Shown here: piece after piece, positions 20,401 through 29,810 of the stretch
How positions within the stretch are numbered: the first letter of the stretch is position 1
How the letters are laid out: each line of letters starts with the position of its first letter
From: Nitrospinales bacterium
GTDB taxonomy: Bacteria > Nitrospinota > Nitrospinia > Nitrospinales > VA-1
Direction: 5' to 3'
NCBI GenBank assembly: GCA_965223795.1
Contig: CBDCXL010000002.1
Coordinates: 1,312,001 to 1,376,000, forward strand
DNA: 64,000 bases
Made by a program: the position numbers and the translations under genes
The notes under the pieces: generated by a model
Seen by the model: only the letters and a program-made list of their open reading frames with translations
What the model was told of the DNA's origin: nothing
Databases searched by the model: none

Positions 20401-22659
20401 GCCGAGCGTGAGTCCGCCGCCGGACGTCAGCGTGGCGTTGCCGGAAGAGGTGATGCCGCCGCCTGCGGAACGCAGTTCCAGATTGCCCGCGGCGGTGACC
20501 GCGATGCCACTGGCGAGCACGATACTGGAGCTGCCGCCGCCGTCGGCGTTGCCGTTTAAAATCAGATTGCCGCTGTCTGTGGTGAGACCGGAACCGATAG
20601 AAATGCCGTCACCCGCGTTGACCGTGAGCGCGTTGAAGGTGGAAGCATTGCCGCCAAAGCTCACGGATGATCCCGACCCCGCAGCGTTGAGGGTGAGCGT
20701 CCCGATACTGGCGCTGTTGGCCGCCGTGACGTTGTCCACGCTGACGCTGCTGGCGCCGTTGCCCAGGACCAGATTGCTGGCGGTGATCTTCTGCAGTTCG
20801 TCACGGGAGATCGACAGCGTTCCCGCCGCATCGCCCAGGCCGATCGTGCCGCCGTTCGAGGACACGATCGTGGTTTCCGAAATGCCGCTGTCAAGGGTGC
20901 CGCCCAGAACCAGGTCGCTGCCGGTGAGAGTGATTTTTTCATCGTTGGATTCGATCGACCCCAGCGTGAGCGCGCCTTTGGCGTTGAGGTTGATCGTGCC
21001 GTTGGTGGTGATCTTGTCGTTGGTGTCGGCGAAGGTGATGCCGCCGTTTTTCGCCAGGAAGGTGACGGAACCGCTGATGTTGAGAGACAGGACGTCGTCA
21101 GAAAGATCCTGAAGCTCGATGGAATTTTCCGCAGTGAGGTTGACGTCGGTGAAGCCGCCGAGAGCTTCGAGGGTTTCCTCATGGATCGTGAATGTCGCTG
21201 CGCCGCTGGCGGTGGCTCCGGAGCCGTCGGCGATGATGATGTCCTCGGGATCGAGCAGCAGGGTGCCGGTCTCTCCGTTGGGCGCGCGCGTGTCCACGAA
21301 TCCGTCGAAGTACAGTTCCTCCTTGCCGGACACTTCGACGAAGCCGCCGTTGCCGCGCAGCCGCCCGCCGCGCGTCTGGACGCGGCCGAAAAATTTCATG
21401 CGGCGGTTGGCCCAGAAGATGGCGCGGCCGCCGTCGCCGGAGGTCAACGCATCGGCGAACACGGAAACGCCGTCGCCGACGAACGTGTCGGTGGCGGTGA
21501 AATACGGACCGCCGCCCTGATAATCTCCGCCCACCAGCACTTCCCCGCCGCCCACATCGCCGGAAACGTCGAGCAGGGCGTCGCCGAAGAGGTTCACCTG
21601 CTCGCCGAACACGTACACCGTGCCGCCGGTTTCACCGTCTCCTCTGCCCGAGGCGTCGAGGGTTCCGGAAACGTTCACCCGGCCGGTGCCGCCGCCCTCC
21701 AGAACGATCCTGCCGTTCCGCTTGACGGCGGTGCGGGCCTGGACGATGCCGGACAGGTTGATGACGTTGTCGAGCGCGTGGCGTGCGGTGCTCACGTCCA
21801 GACGCACGATGCCGCCGTCGGCGTGGATTTCACCGGAATGCGTCACCAGCGCGGACACGGGCTCGCCGTCGGGACCGGCCAGTCCGCTGGCGAAATCGGC
21901 GCCGACGCCCAGCTGCACCAGCCTGTCGCCGTAGAGATCCAGCGTGAAGGTGCTGCCGGATGCCAAATTCACGCGACCCAGCCGGGCGTGGATGGCGCCG
22001 GCATTTTCCACCCAGGGCGCGACGAGCGCGACCAGCCCGCCTTCGCTTGCGGTGATGCGCCCGCGGTTCACCACACCGGCTCCCGGCAGGCCGGGAATGT
22101 CGAAGCGGTAGTTGCCGGCAAGGAAATCCTCGTTGCGGATGTCGGCCGTGGTGGCGATCAGTCCGTTGACGTCGATCTGCGCGTCCTTACCGAAAAAAAT
22201 GCCGTTGCGGTTGACCAGCATGAGGTTGCCGTTGGAGGTGAGCTTGCCGAGGATGCGCGAGGGATCGTCACCGGTCACACGGTTGAGCGCGGCGCTGTCG
22301 CTGGAGGGCATTTGAAAGTGGATGTGCTCGTGCGCCTCGTTGCCGAAGCTCTGCCAGTGGAGGATGGCTTTGTCCGACGCCTGCTGGACGACGGTCTTTT
22401 CGGGAGACACGTTTTCGATGGTTCCCGCGCCCGCCTGGAAACTGCCTCCCTGAGGCAGGGCGTAAAGATGGGTGGGGAACACCCCCACGAGATAGATCAA
22501 AAGCGAAAGGAAAAAGGTCCGGCGTTCCTGTTTCTTTTTGGGAGGTGCGAAAACCAGATCGCGGTCTGCGCGCCGGGCGGAACGGGTGCGCGTTGTTCGC
22601 GCGGGCGGGGAATCGAAGATTCCCGGAAAGACCGACTGGCCGCTGTGAAAGGGATTCAT
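17428..22659 (-). CDS. Filamentous haemagglutinin-family TpsA exoprotein
   Basis: TPS domain (ALPQGG, AILHWQSF, LNRVTG, LVNRNGIFFG), GGFVEVSG..GTLLLDP, G/S/T/N-rich beta-helix repeats. Confidence 0.95.
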   Translation of the reverse strand: MNPFHSGQSVFPGIFDSPPARTTRTRSARRADRDLVFAPPKKKQERRTFFLSLLIYLVGVFPTHLYALPQGGSFQAGAGTIENVSPEKTVVQQASDKAILHWQSFGNEAHEHIHFQMPSSDSAALNRVTGDDPSRILGKLTSNGNLMLVNRNGIFFGKDAQIDVNGLIATTADIRNEDFLAGNYRFDIPGLPGAGVVNRGRITASEGGLVALVAPWVENAGAIHARLGRVNLASGSTFTLDLYGDRLVQLGVGADFASGLAGPDGEPVSALVTHSGEIHADGGIVRLDVSTARHALDNVINLSGIVQARTAVKRNGRIVLEGGGTGRVNVSGTLDASGRGDGETGGTVYVFGEQVNLFGDALLDVSGDVGGGEVLVGGDYQGGGPYFTATDTFVGDGVSVFADALTSGDGGRAIFWANRRMKFFGRVQTRGGRLRGNGGFVEVSGKEELYFDGFVDTRAPNGETGTLLLDPEDIIIADGSGATASGAATFTIHEETLEALGGFTDVNLTAENSIELQDLSDDVLSLNISGSVTFLAKNGGITFADTNDKITTNGTINLNAKGALTLGSIESNDEKITLTGSDLVLGGTLDSGISETTIVSSNGGTIGLGDAAGTLSISRDELQKITASNLVLGNGASSVSVDNVTAANSASIGTLTLNAAGSGSSVSFGGNASTFNALTVNAGDGISIGSGLTTDSGNLILNGNADGGGSSSIVLASGIAVTAAGNLELRSAGGGITSSGNATLTSGGGLTLGNDFTAGGGAALNGGTGITLASGIAVDSGGLLTLGTTTGGIAAQGAVALNAANGINLNSGLTAQGVATLNADTDGTGGAFTLASGKTLSTNNNALSITASDIVLNGSLTSGISETTIVSSNGGTIGLGDAAGSLALSGSELQRVTANSLTLGNGASSISVDDVSAANSANIGTLTLNASGPGSSVSFGNNASTFNALTVNAGNGIAVGSGLTTASGNLILNGNADGGGNSSIEFANDVTVTAAGNLELRSAGGGITTSGNATLTSGGGLTLGSDFTADGDAALNGGTGVTLASGIAVTSGGLLTLGTTTGGIAAQGAIALNAANGINLNSDLTAQGAAALNADTDGNGGAFTLASGKNLSSNNNALSITAGDIVLNGSLTSGTVVTTIASSTGGTIGLGDAAGSLALSGFELQRITTNSLTLGNGASDISVDNVGAANSANVGTLTLNAAGSGSSVRFMGDESTVNALTVNAGNGVQVSADVTTQGATNINTDADGDGSGAFTLDSGKTLATSGNALSLTTAGLAVNGNLTSGGAGTAVEVSQAGAKIGVGDTADCGGSCDLLMTSSDLNNITAGSFTIGGANNGGITVDGLTAAAPLTLVSSAAGNSVDFANTASSFTGLTVQSGGSISDSAGGTLSVSGASSFTVADSIQLGNTANVFGGAVNLNASNGNATLNTNNALTLGSSSIGGTLTASVGGGNGLNVSGVQTAGGGIVLNADGDLTLTGRLVTSNSSDSAIQLTSANGGIFDGDTNDALDIDAPTGGLIVNSVTGFGTAANAIETRIDSVSIRNTGNGAINLFETDSLNIAAIEHAGTGDVIVSYFGALTGQASVSVADGSKTFVNRNVGSILVGGSGKTLSQLSTETTARRFRTLEGDYAGASLPVSQARSVGEVLAGTGSGPFVANLFEKDFKLFEVAGKPSGYPELGGFARFWGPLQDERTEVAKVKSRKRQRGPAFVRKQTETGTGGRAATRLPRKRAPEDTVLTGENRP
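18975..20890 (-). repeat. 813-bp (271-aa) intragenic tandem repeat, ~2.3 copies
   Basis: GCC(G/C)AGGCCGATCGTGCCGCC recurs at 19207, 20020, 20833 (period 813); outer boundaries approximate. Confidence 0.9.
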
Positions 22660-22662
22660 GGC

Positions 22663-24381
22663 TCAGTACCTCGCCGACAGGCTGAAAAACACGCGCGGGT
22701 CCCGGTCCTGCTCTGCGGAAACCTTGCGGTTCAGCGGGAAATCCACTTCCACGTATCCGGAGAGGATGTCCGTCAGGTTGAAGCGGGTGCCCAGCCCGGC
22801 GGAGGCCAGGTCCTGCTGGCGGGCCCCGGTGGCGGTGGTGACGCGGTTCCACACGCTGCCGTAATCGAAAAAGGTGTAGGCCTGCAGGTCGCGCAGGAAG
22901 CGCTTGCGCACGGCGATGGCGCGCTGCAGTTCCAGTTTGAAGGCAAGGCCCTGGTCGCCGGTGATCTCGGAGGGATCGTAGGCGCGGCCGAACGCGCCGC
23001 CGCCGACGCCGAATTCTTCCGAAGCCAGTAATTTGTCGAAGGCGTACTGCCAGACGAAGGAACCGAGCAGCATCCAGGAAGGCACCAGCTGCTGCAGGCG
23101 GGTGAAGCCGCCGGTGAACTTGGTGAAATCGCTTTGGCCCTGGGCGCGCGTGAGGTTGGGCGTGCCGGATTCGGTGGCGTCGAGGATGTTGATTCCCTGG
23201 TGGAACTGCAACTGGATCAGGTTGACGCCGCGGAAGCGGTCGGCGTAGTCGTAGGTGACGCCGAGGTCGAGGACGCGCAGCCTGTCCTCGGAGTCGAGCG
23301 TGTTGAGGATATCGGTTTTGGTGTTGCGGTGGGTGTAGCCGATCTGGCCGCGCAGCGATTCGCCGCGCGAGCGCAGAAAGGGGTGCGACCAGCCGAAGCG
23401 GAAGCTGTGGCTTTCGCCTTCGACGTTGAACACGGCGAGGCTGGAGCCGGGCTCGGAATGGCTGAAGGAGCCGGACAGGAAAAACTGCGTGCCCTCGGCG
23501 GAGACGGGCAGATCGAAAAAGCCGCGCACGTAGTACAGCTCACTGGGATCGCTGGTGAACACGCCCTGCACGCCGAGGCGCTCGTAGCCGTTGAGCAGGT
23601 TGTTGGAAGACGCGCCCGCGAACAGCTGCACGGGTCCGTTGAAGCGGGTGCCGCGATTGTCCACGCCCATGTGGGCGTTGTAGGCTTTCTGTTCCAGCAT
23701 CAGGGTCAACTGCGAAGCGCCGGAGTTGTGCTCGGAAGGCGTGAGGACGGACTCGACGGAAAGTCCCGGCAGGTCGTCCATGAGCAGCAGGTAGCGTTCC
23801 AGGTCGCGCGCATTCAGCGGCCGGGAGTTGAGCAGGCGCTTGCGGTAGGCGTTCAACAGTTTTTTCGGCCCCTCCACCTCGCCTTTCACTTTGACGCTGT
23901 CGACGTAGCCCTCGACGATGTCGATGACGGCGGCGCCTGCTTCGATGGTCTGCGGCGGCACCACGGCGCGGGAGAGGATGTAGCCGTCGTTTCTGTATTT
24001 GCGTGTGATGGCGGCGGCGATTTTGTAAATGTGCTCGAGCGTCACCTCGCGCAGCAGGAAGTTTTTATACAAAGGCAAAAACTGCGCGTCGGCATAGACG
24101 GTGGAACCGCGCACCCTGAGCTCTTCGAGCTGAAACCGGACTTTGCGGAGGTTCTGCGGAAACAGGGGCCGCAGCGTGTCGGGCTGGATGGGGACCACCG
24201 TGGACTCCGGGTCGGGCGGCACGCTGAATCGTTCCTCAAAGCGCTGCGGGTTGGCCTGCTTGTAAGTCTGGTCCCGGCCCTGCGGCGTGATCTGCGCAAC
24301 GGCTTCTCCGGCGAACAGCAGCATCAGAAACGCCGCCCACCAGATCTTCAAACCGTTGTCTTTGGTAGAGATAAATTCCAT
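22663..24381 (-). CDS. ShlB/FhaC/HecB family TpsB transporter
   Basis: Signal peptide, POTRA (ITRKYRNDGYILSRAVVPPQ), VDNRG, FGRAYD motif, terminal LSARY. Confidence 0.95.
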   Translation of the reverse strand: MEFISTKDNGLKIWWAAFLMLLFAGEAVAQITPQGRDQTYKQANPQRFEERFSVPPDPESTVVPIQPDTLRPLFPQNLRKVRFQLEELRVRGSTVYADAQFLPLYKNFLLREVTLEHIYKIAAAITRKYRNDGYILSRAVVPPQTIEAGAAVIDIVEGYVDSVKVKGEVEGPKKLLNAYRKRLLNSRPLNARDLERYLLLMDDLPGLSVESVLTPSEHNSGASQLTLMLEQKAYNAHMGVDNRGTRFNGPVQLFAGASSNNLLNGYERLGVQGVFTSDPSELYYVRGFFDLPVSAEGTQFFLSGSFSHSEPGSSLAVFNVEGESHSFRFGWSHPFLRSRGESLRGQIGYTHRNTKTDILNTLDSEDRLRVLDLGVTYDYADRFRGVNLIQLQFHQGINILDATESGTPNLTRAQGQSDFTKFTGGFTRLQQLVPSWMLLGSFVWQYAFDKLLASEEFGVGGGAFGRAYDPSEITGDQGLAFKLELQRAIAVRKRFLRDLQAYTFFDYGSVWNRVTTATGARQQDLASAGLGTRFNLTDILSGYVEVDFPLNRKVSAEQDRDPRVFFSLSARY

Positions 24382-24551
24382 TCGTTCATTACTTATCGGC
24401 CGTGGAAAAATTTTTTTTAGACTAGACTGGATCCTGACAGGCGGGCGGGTTCCGCAGCGCCGAGGCGGCTGCAATGCGTATGCGCCGTTCAGAAGGCGCG
24501 CACAGCCCCCGCGCAGCGCAAACGAGCGGGGCAGGCCCTTCGTTTCAGGGG

Positions 24552-24567
24552 AGCAAGGTCTGTGCCA
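24552..24567 (-). promoter_or_regulatory. Sigma54 (-24/-12) promoter upstream of tpsBA
   Basis: Minus strand reads TGGCAC-AGACC-TTGCT, a perfect TGGCAC-N5-TTGCW, ~170 bp upstream of the TpsB start. Confidence 0.8.
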
Positions 24568-24903
24568 AAAACTCGCTTAACTGCCGAATAAACAAGGCGT
24601 TTAAATTGAACGGCCCAACCGGGGGATGGCACCGGGAAACGATCCGCCGAGAGCGGGAAAGGGGAAAATTGTTCCGCGGAGGGGTGTTTTTTACCGTTTT
24701 ACGGCCGATATTTCAGGCATTTTCGGTTGTCTGCCGGGAAACCGGCACACAACCGGGACCGGAGAGAAAACCCAATCAATACAATGATTTAGTGTGCAGA
24801 CAGGGAGGAATGCGTTACACTGGATGGGAGCGCGGCCTGGCCGCGCTTGCGCAACGATCGACTCGCATCTTTCTGGTTTTACAAAGCCGCCGCCAATTCG
24901 CTC

Positions 24904-25098
24904 ATGGAACCGGCCAACAAACTCAAAACATTGAACATGTGCGATTTCTGCACGAAAGAAATCCGCTCCTGCGGCGCCACGCCCATCGTGGCGCGCAAGC
25001 TCAACCGGGAAGCGGACCACCTCGCCGATCCCAGGTCCGTGATCGCGTGTTCGGGCTACGAAAACCCGGTGGACGCGCTGCGCGAAAAATTTCATTGA
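24904..25098 (+). CDS. Small Cys-containing hypothetical protein (64 aa)
   Basis: MEPANK..CDFC..SC..AC..; codon usage like neighbours. Confidence 0.6.
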   Translation: MEPANKLKTLNMCDFCTKEIRSCGATPIVARKLNREADHLADPRSVIACSGYENPVDALREKFH

Positions 25099-25320
25099 GT
25101 TTGTCCTGCAGCGCTGCTTTCGCCACCCGAACCGGAACCGCCGGGAACGCCCTAACCTCCGATATTATCGGAATCTTCCGCCCATTTTGTTGACACAGTT
25201 GTGACCTCAACTTCATGTTTCCGTGATACCCGCTGCCTATACTTCGGGAAGCTGCCGGGACACGTTCGCCGCATCGCGTTCGCCGGCGCTCTCGTTCAAT
25301 TCAAACACGGAAGAGGTCTC

Positions 25321-25731
25321 ATGAACAGCAGTGATGAATCCAAACGAAAACTGGTTGAGTTCCTTTGGGTGGAAATCAACCGGGCCATCCTCACTTCCAA
25401 GGAAGTGAAGTCCTCGATCAAGATCCTGCGCGACCTGGATCTTCTGGATCATTTATCCGATTACAACCTGGTCCTGGATGTCAATGCGCTGGTCGACCTG
25501 ATCCAGAGAAACGAAACCCAGCGCGAAGCCAACGACCGCCGGGCCGCAGACAAAGAGCAGGAAGCCCCCGCGGATCCCAGCGAAGCGCGCGAGGAAGCCA
25601 AGCCGATGGACATCGTGGACGGGGAGAAACTGAGCCCGAACGAAATCATGTTCCAGAAGCACATGGAACGCAATTTCGACGAGAGCATGTGGATGAAGCA
25701 GGCCGGAATCCGTTTTCCAGAAGAGGAATGA
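25321..25731 (+). CDS. Hypothetical protein
   Basis: GAGG RBS before ATG 25321; typical codon bias. Confidence 0.75.
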   Translation: MNSSDESKRKLVEFLWVEINRAILTSKEVKSSIKILRDLDLLDHLSDYNLVLDVNALVDLIQRNETQREANDRRAADKEQEAPADPSEAREEAKPMDIVDGEKLSPNEIMFQKHMERNFDESMWMKQAGIRFPEEE

Positions 25732-25746
25732 ACGCGGACGTCCGCC

Positions 25747-26004
25747 TCAGTTTTGCACGTTGTCGGCGATGACGACGACGTGGTTTTTGTTCACGGCGAG
25801 AAATTCCGCCTCAAACATCAGCTTCCCGGTGCTAACGTGGAAAACCTTGGCGCTGGACACGGGGATGAAACTTTCGCTTTCGTGATTGAGCATGTCGAGC
25901 AGGCGGGTTTGCGGAATTTTAAAGATCGTTCCCTGAATGTTCTCGCTGGCCGTGCGGATGACGGCGTCGATCTTTTCTTTTTTGACCACGCTTTTGTAAA
26001 CCAT
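25747..26004 (-). CDS. Small hypothetical protein (DUF6812-like)
   Basis: AGGAGG RBS; RLLDMLN..FIPV..A.V..FLAVNKNHV pattern. Confidence 0.7.
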   Translation of the reverse strand: MVYKSVVKKEKIDAVIRTASENIQGTIFKIPQTRLLDMLNHESESFIPVSSAKVFHVSTGKLMFEAEFLAVNKNHVVVIADNVQN

Positions 26005-26275
26005 GACGTTCCTCCTCAGTGTTCCGCGGTGAGTGATGACGTTGCGCGGATCCTTAAGGAACTTTCCTCCCATTCCTCAGAAACCGGGCCCCGGATTCAA
26101 TATCGGCCTTAGACGGCCGGGAGAACAGATTTTTTTCCTCTCCCCGCGATCCCGCCACGAACTCAGCCTCTGCGGCCCGCGTCACAAGCGGGCAAATTTA
26201 CAAGCCTGACGGCTTGTGCTAGGATTCTTCCCACCACCGGAATCGTTTTTCCCCGTTTTTGATGCCTGTCAAACC

Positions 26276-28405
26276 ATGACATCCAGCGATTCTCCATTCG
26301 ACGCACCGGATTTCCGTCTGCAGGGCACCGACGGCATCCGCCGGGAAGTCCGCGAGGCGTCTGCGTTTCCCGGCCTCACGCCGCTCGAGGTGTTTCTCAC
26401 GCACGGCGTCATCACAGAATCGTTCATGGAGCTGTACGCCTACGCGCACGTGTCGCAGGCGATCGCGAGCGGCCGGATGCGGCCGGAAGCGGGGTTCGTG
26501 GTGGGCTGGGACCCGAGAGACCCGAACGGCACGTTCTCCGAAGCGGTGGTGCGCGGCGTGCGCAAGGCGGGTGCTGCGGCGCTGGTGCTGGGCGTGGTCC
26601 CCACGCCGCTGGTGCCGATGACGGCGGTGCACAAAAACGCGGGCGGCGGATTCATGGTCACGGCGAGCCACAACCCGAAGGACCAGAACGGCATCAAAAC
26701 GTTCTGCGCCTACCGCGGCATGAAACTGCTTCCGGCCAACGACGCGGCGCTCACGCGCGCGATCCGCGACACGGACTGGCAGCGTGTCGAGCCGCTGCCG
26801 CCTGCGGGCGAGCGCATCGAGCTGCGCGCGGAAGCGCTGGATCTGTTCCGGAGGTTTTCGCTGCTCGAATCCAATTCCTGGATCGACGCGGCGCTCCTGC
26901 CCGCTCTCAAGCAGTTCACACTGGTGGTGGACCCGGCCAACGGTTCGCTGTCGGGCATCGCGGCGGAGGTGTTCAAGCTGTGCGGCTTCGGCCGCGTGGT
27001 CGAGGTGAACGGCAAGCTGAACGGCGATGTGAACCTGCACTCCGGTGTCGCCGACCTGGAAGGGCTGAGCGCGATCACGCCCGACATGATCGAAAAACCC
27101 GCCGGGGCGTTTCGCCGGCACAAGGCGGTGGTCAAATTGTTCGAACTGGGCCGCAAATCCCGCGACGCGCTCAAGCTGGGGTCGCGCCGCGTGGCGGGCG
27201 CGGTGTTCGACGCGGACGGCGACCGGTTCTACCGGCTCGAATACGATCCGTTCGCCGACGCGCTGCTGGTGCTGAGCGGCGACGAGACGGCGTTTCTGCA
27301 GGCGCGCCATTTGCTGGAAAAAGATCCGAAGGCCTACCGCAACACGCTGTACATCAACACGGTGGAGAGCGACCTGAACGCCGCAACGGCCGCGAAATCG
27401 CTGGGGCTCAAGCCGAAGCTGACGGCGGTGGGAGACAAGTGGATCCTCTTGCAGACCGCGTTTCTGATCGCGGAGGCGAAGCTCGCGCACCTGAAAAAAA
27501 ACGCGGCGGGAAAGCTGCCCGCGCGGCTGACCGGCCTGTGGGATGCGGTGCGCAAACAGGATGCGTTCGACGTGGACGCGTTCGCCGAACTGGAAACCAC
27601 CCTCGACGCGGAAATGCCGTCCCAGCCTGCCTGGGACGCGTTCGCGGGAAAAACGGGGCGGCTGAAACTCGCGGTCGGCAGTGAGGAAACCGGGCACAAC
27701 ATCACGCTCGGCCGCCTGGAGACCGATGACGGCGGCGCGGTGCCGGTGTTTTTCGGCAACGGGCTCAAAAGCGCGCTCAACACCTTCGCGGCCACGGAAA
27801 CCCTGTTTGCCGGTCAGCGCACGCGGCGGTATTATTCTGGCATCCACCGGCCGTTCCCGCCGGGCTACAAGGCGACGCTCTACGCCTACCACATCGACAA
27901 GGCGCGCTTTAGCCGCGATTCGGAGGTGTGGAAGCGGGTGCGCAAGACGATCCTGAGCACGGCGCGGGACCTGGGCTTTAAGGGTTCGGCGCAGCGGTTT
28001 CCGGAAGATCCGGACATGCTGTATCTCACGCTCAAGCAGAGCGTGGACGCGGACCCGGCGGCGGTGTTCGTGCGCAACTCGGGGACGGAAAACAAGATCG
28101 GCGTCAACCTGCGTGGCGCCAAAAAGCAGGCGAAAGCGCTCAACGCCATCGGCGAGGCGGTGCTTCGGCTGCTGCTCGCGGAAATGAAGGACACGGACGA
28201 CCGCTTCTACAAACTCGAGCGGGATGTGCTGAATCTGGCCGCTGGCGGGCCGGTTGCGGAAAACAAGCTCAAGGTGGACAAGGCGGTGCGTCCCCGGCTG
28301 CTTGCGGAGATGGGCAAGCAGGGACTGATCCAGCTTTCGGATATGGGCTACCGGCTGACCCCGCGCGGCAAGTGGTATCGCGCCAACGGGCTTAAAGCTG
28401 AGTGA
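26276..28405 (+). CDS. Alpha-D-phosphohexomutase (GlmM/PMM-like), extended
   Basis: GTDGIR, TASHNP phospho-Ser loop, DADGDR metal loop, VGDK, SEETGH, RNSGTE. Confidence 0.85.
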   Translation: MTSSDSPFDAPDFRLQGTDGIRREVREASAFPGLTPLEVFLTHGVITESFMELYAYAHVSQAIASGRMRPEAGFVVGWDPRDPNGTFSEAVVRGVRKAGAAALVLGVVPTPLVPMTAVHKNAGGGFMVTASHNPKDQNGIKTFCAYRGMKLLPANDAALTRAIRDTDWQRVEPLPPAGERIELRAEALDLFRRFSLLESNSWIDAALLPALKQFTLVVDPANGSLSGIAAEVFKLCGFGRVVEVNGKLNGDVNLHSGVADLEGLSAITPDMIEKPAGAFRRHKAVVKLFELGRKSRDALKLGSRRVAGAVFDADGDRFYRLEYDPFADALLVLSGDETAFLQARHLLEKDPKAYRNTLYINTVESDLNAATAAKSLGLKPKLTAVGDKWILLQTAFLIAEAKLAHLKKNAAGKLPARLTGLWDAVRKQDAFDVDAFAELETTLDAEMPSQPAWDAFAGKTGRLKLAVGSEETGHNITLGRLETDDGGAVPVFFGNGLKSALNTFAATETLFAGQRTRRYYSGIHRPFPPGYKATLYAYHIDKARFSRDSEVWKRVRKTILSTARDLGFKGSAQRFPEDPDMLYLTLKQSVDADPAAVFVRNSGTENKIGVNLRGAKKQAKALNAIGEAVLRLLLAEMKDTDDRFYKLERDVLNLAAGGPVAENKLKVDKAVRPRLLAEMGKQGLIQLSDMGYRLTPRGKWYRANGLKAE

Positions 28406-28556
28406 GCCCGCAACCGCCGCTCACCATGACCCGCTGCATGCCCGAATCTCTGAGAACGGCTGTTCGACATCGACAGAAAATGAATCGTCAGATTGAAAAA
28501 CGCACTGCGTGGATTCAGCCCGGATTCACTAAGCGCGGCTTGCATACGGATCGCCC

Positions 28557-29360
28557 ATGATCGCCATCGAACAGTTTTTCCCGCAGCTGGCTCACTTCGC
28601 CCATCGTGATCTCTTTCAAAAAGATCAGTGGGTGTTCGAGCCGCTCACCCGCCTGGCGGACATCCTGCTTGCGCTGCAACGGCAGGCGGACGCGGAAACG
28701 GTGGCAACGCTGGAGGGCACGACGGTGGTCGCGGCGGAGGACCCGGCAGGCCGGCGCGGCGGCAAGGGCCTGATCCTCAACCGCTGGATCGAAACCGCAT
28801 CCGCCGTGCACATCCCTGCGCTGGACATTTTTATCGGCAAGGGCGTGTTTCTGGAACCGACCGCCATCATCAAGGGACCGGCGCTGATCGGGCCGGGCTG
28901 CGAGGTGCGCCAGGGGGCCTACCTGCGGGGCAATGTGCTGGTCGGCTCGGCCTGTGTGCTGGGACACGCCACGGAGATCAAGAACAGCATCCTCATGGAT
29001 CACAGCGAGTGCGGCCACTTCAATTACATCGGCGATAGCGTCATCGGCAGCCACGTCAATCTGGGCGCCGGGTCGAAACTGGCGAATTTTCAGTTCCGCA
29101 CGCCGGAGGAGAAGCAAAACAACGTGATCCGCGAAATTTCCCTGCCCGTGCAGGGGAAACAGGTCGCCACGGGCATGCAGAAGTTCGGCGCGGTGGTGGG
29201 CGATCATGTGGAGGTGGGCTGCAATGCGGTGATCTCGCCGGGAACGCTGATCGGGCGGGACAACTGGGTCTACCCCAACACCACGCTTCCGAAGGGTTTT
29301 TACGCGCCGGACACGCTGATCGGCCCGAAGGAGCGCAAACCGAAAATTTCCGGTAAATGA
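28557..29360 (+). CDS. Left-handed beta-helix acetyltransferase (GlmU C-terminal-like)
   Basis: Hexapeptide repeats, EIKNSIL..HFNYIGDSVIG..NLGAG, KFGAVVGD; no nucleotidyltransferase domain. Confidence 0.85.
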   Translation: MIAIEQFFPQLAHFAHRDLFQKDQWVFEPLTRLADILLALQRQADAETVATLEGTTVVAAEDPAGRRGGKGLILNRWIETASAVHIPALDIFIGKGVFLEPTAIIKGPALIGPGCEVRQGAYLRGNVLVGSACVLGHATEIKNSILMDHSECGHFNYIGDSVIGSHVNLGAGSKLANFQFRTPEEKQNNVIREISLPVQGKQVATGMQKFGAVVGDHVEVGCNAVISPGTLIGRDNWVYPNTTLPKGFYAPDTLIGPKERKPKISGK

Positions 29361-29461
29361 GGGCGAATCTCTCTATAATGTGGGCGATCCGTTTCACCCC
29401 TCGCCCCGCACTCGCTTGCCGCACCTCGGGTTCGCGGTGCCTTATTTTGGGTTTTTGATTT

Positions 29462-29544
29462 GCGGGCGTGGCGGAACTGGCAGACGCGCTGGATTTAGGA
29501 TCCAGTGGGCAACCGTGGGGGTTCGAGTCCCTCCGCCCGCACCA
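29462..29544 (+). tRNA. tRNA-Leu (anticodon TAG)
   Basis: GCGGGCG/CGCCCGC acceptor stem plus ACCA; anticodon arm CTGGA-TTTAGGA-TCCAG; long variable arm; GTTCGAG T-loop. Confidence 0.97.
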
Positions 29545-29810
29545 CTCGCCGTGGAGGCAGCTTGCTCACGCCGGGACGGGCCCGTTTGGTTTGGTGCGAA
29601 CATTTTTCGTCCAAGCGCACCACTCCTTCGCGGAGGGCGGATTTGCTCACGCCGCGCGATGCTTTTTGGGCAAGCTGGCAGGGTTCTTTTGCTTTGAGCT
29701 TTACGCGGCAATTTGTCTTTCGCACGAAGGAAACCGGTTCCTCGCAAGCAGCAGATTCGAATGCGATTCGCTCTGTTCATCTCTGTTTCATTTTTTAATT
29801 GTTGAAAACC

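Noticed and set aside
29462..29810. tRNA-Leu as an island integration site
   Set aside because: Followed directly by tig; no integrase and no duplicated tRNA 3' end seen
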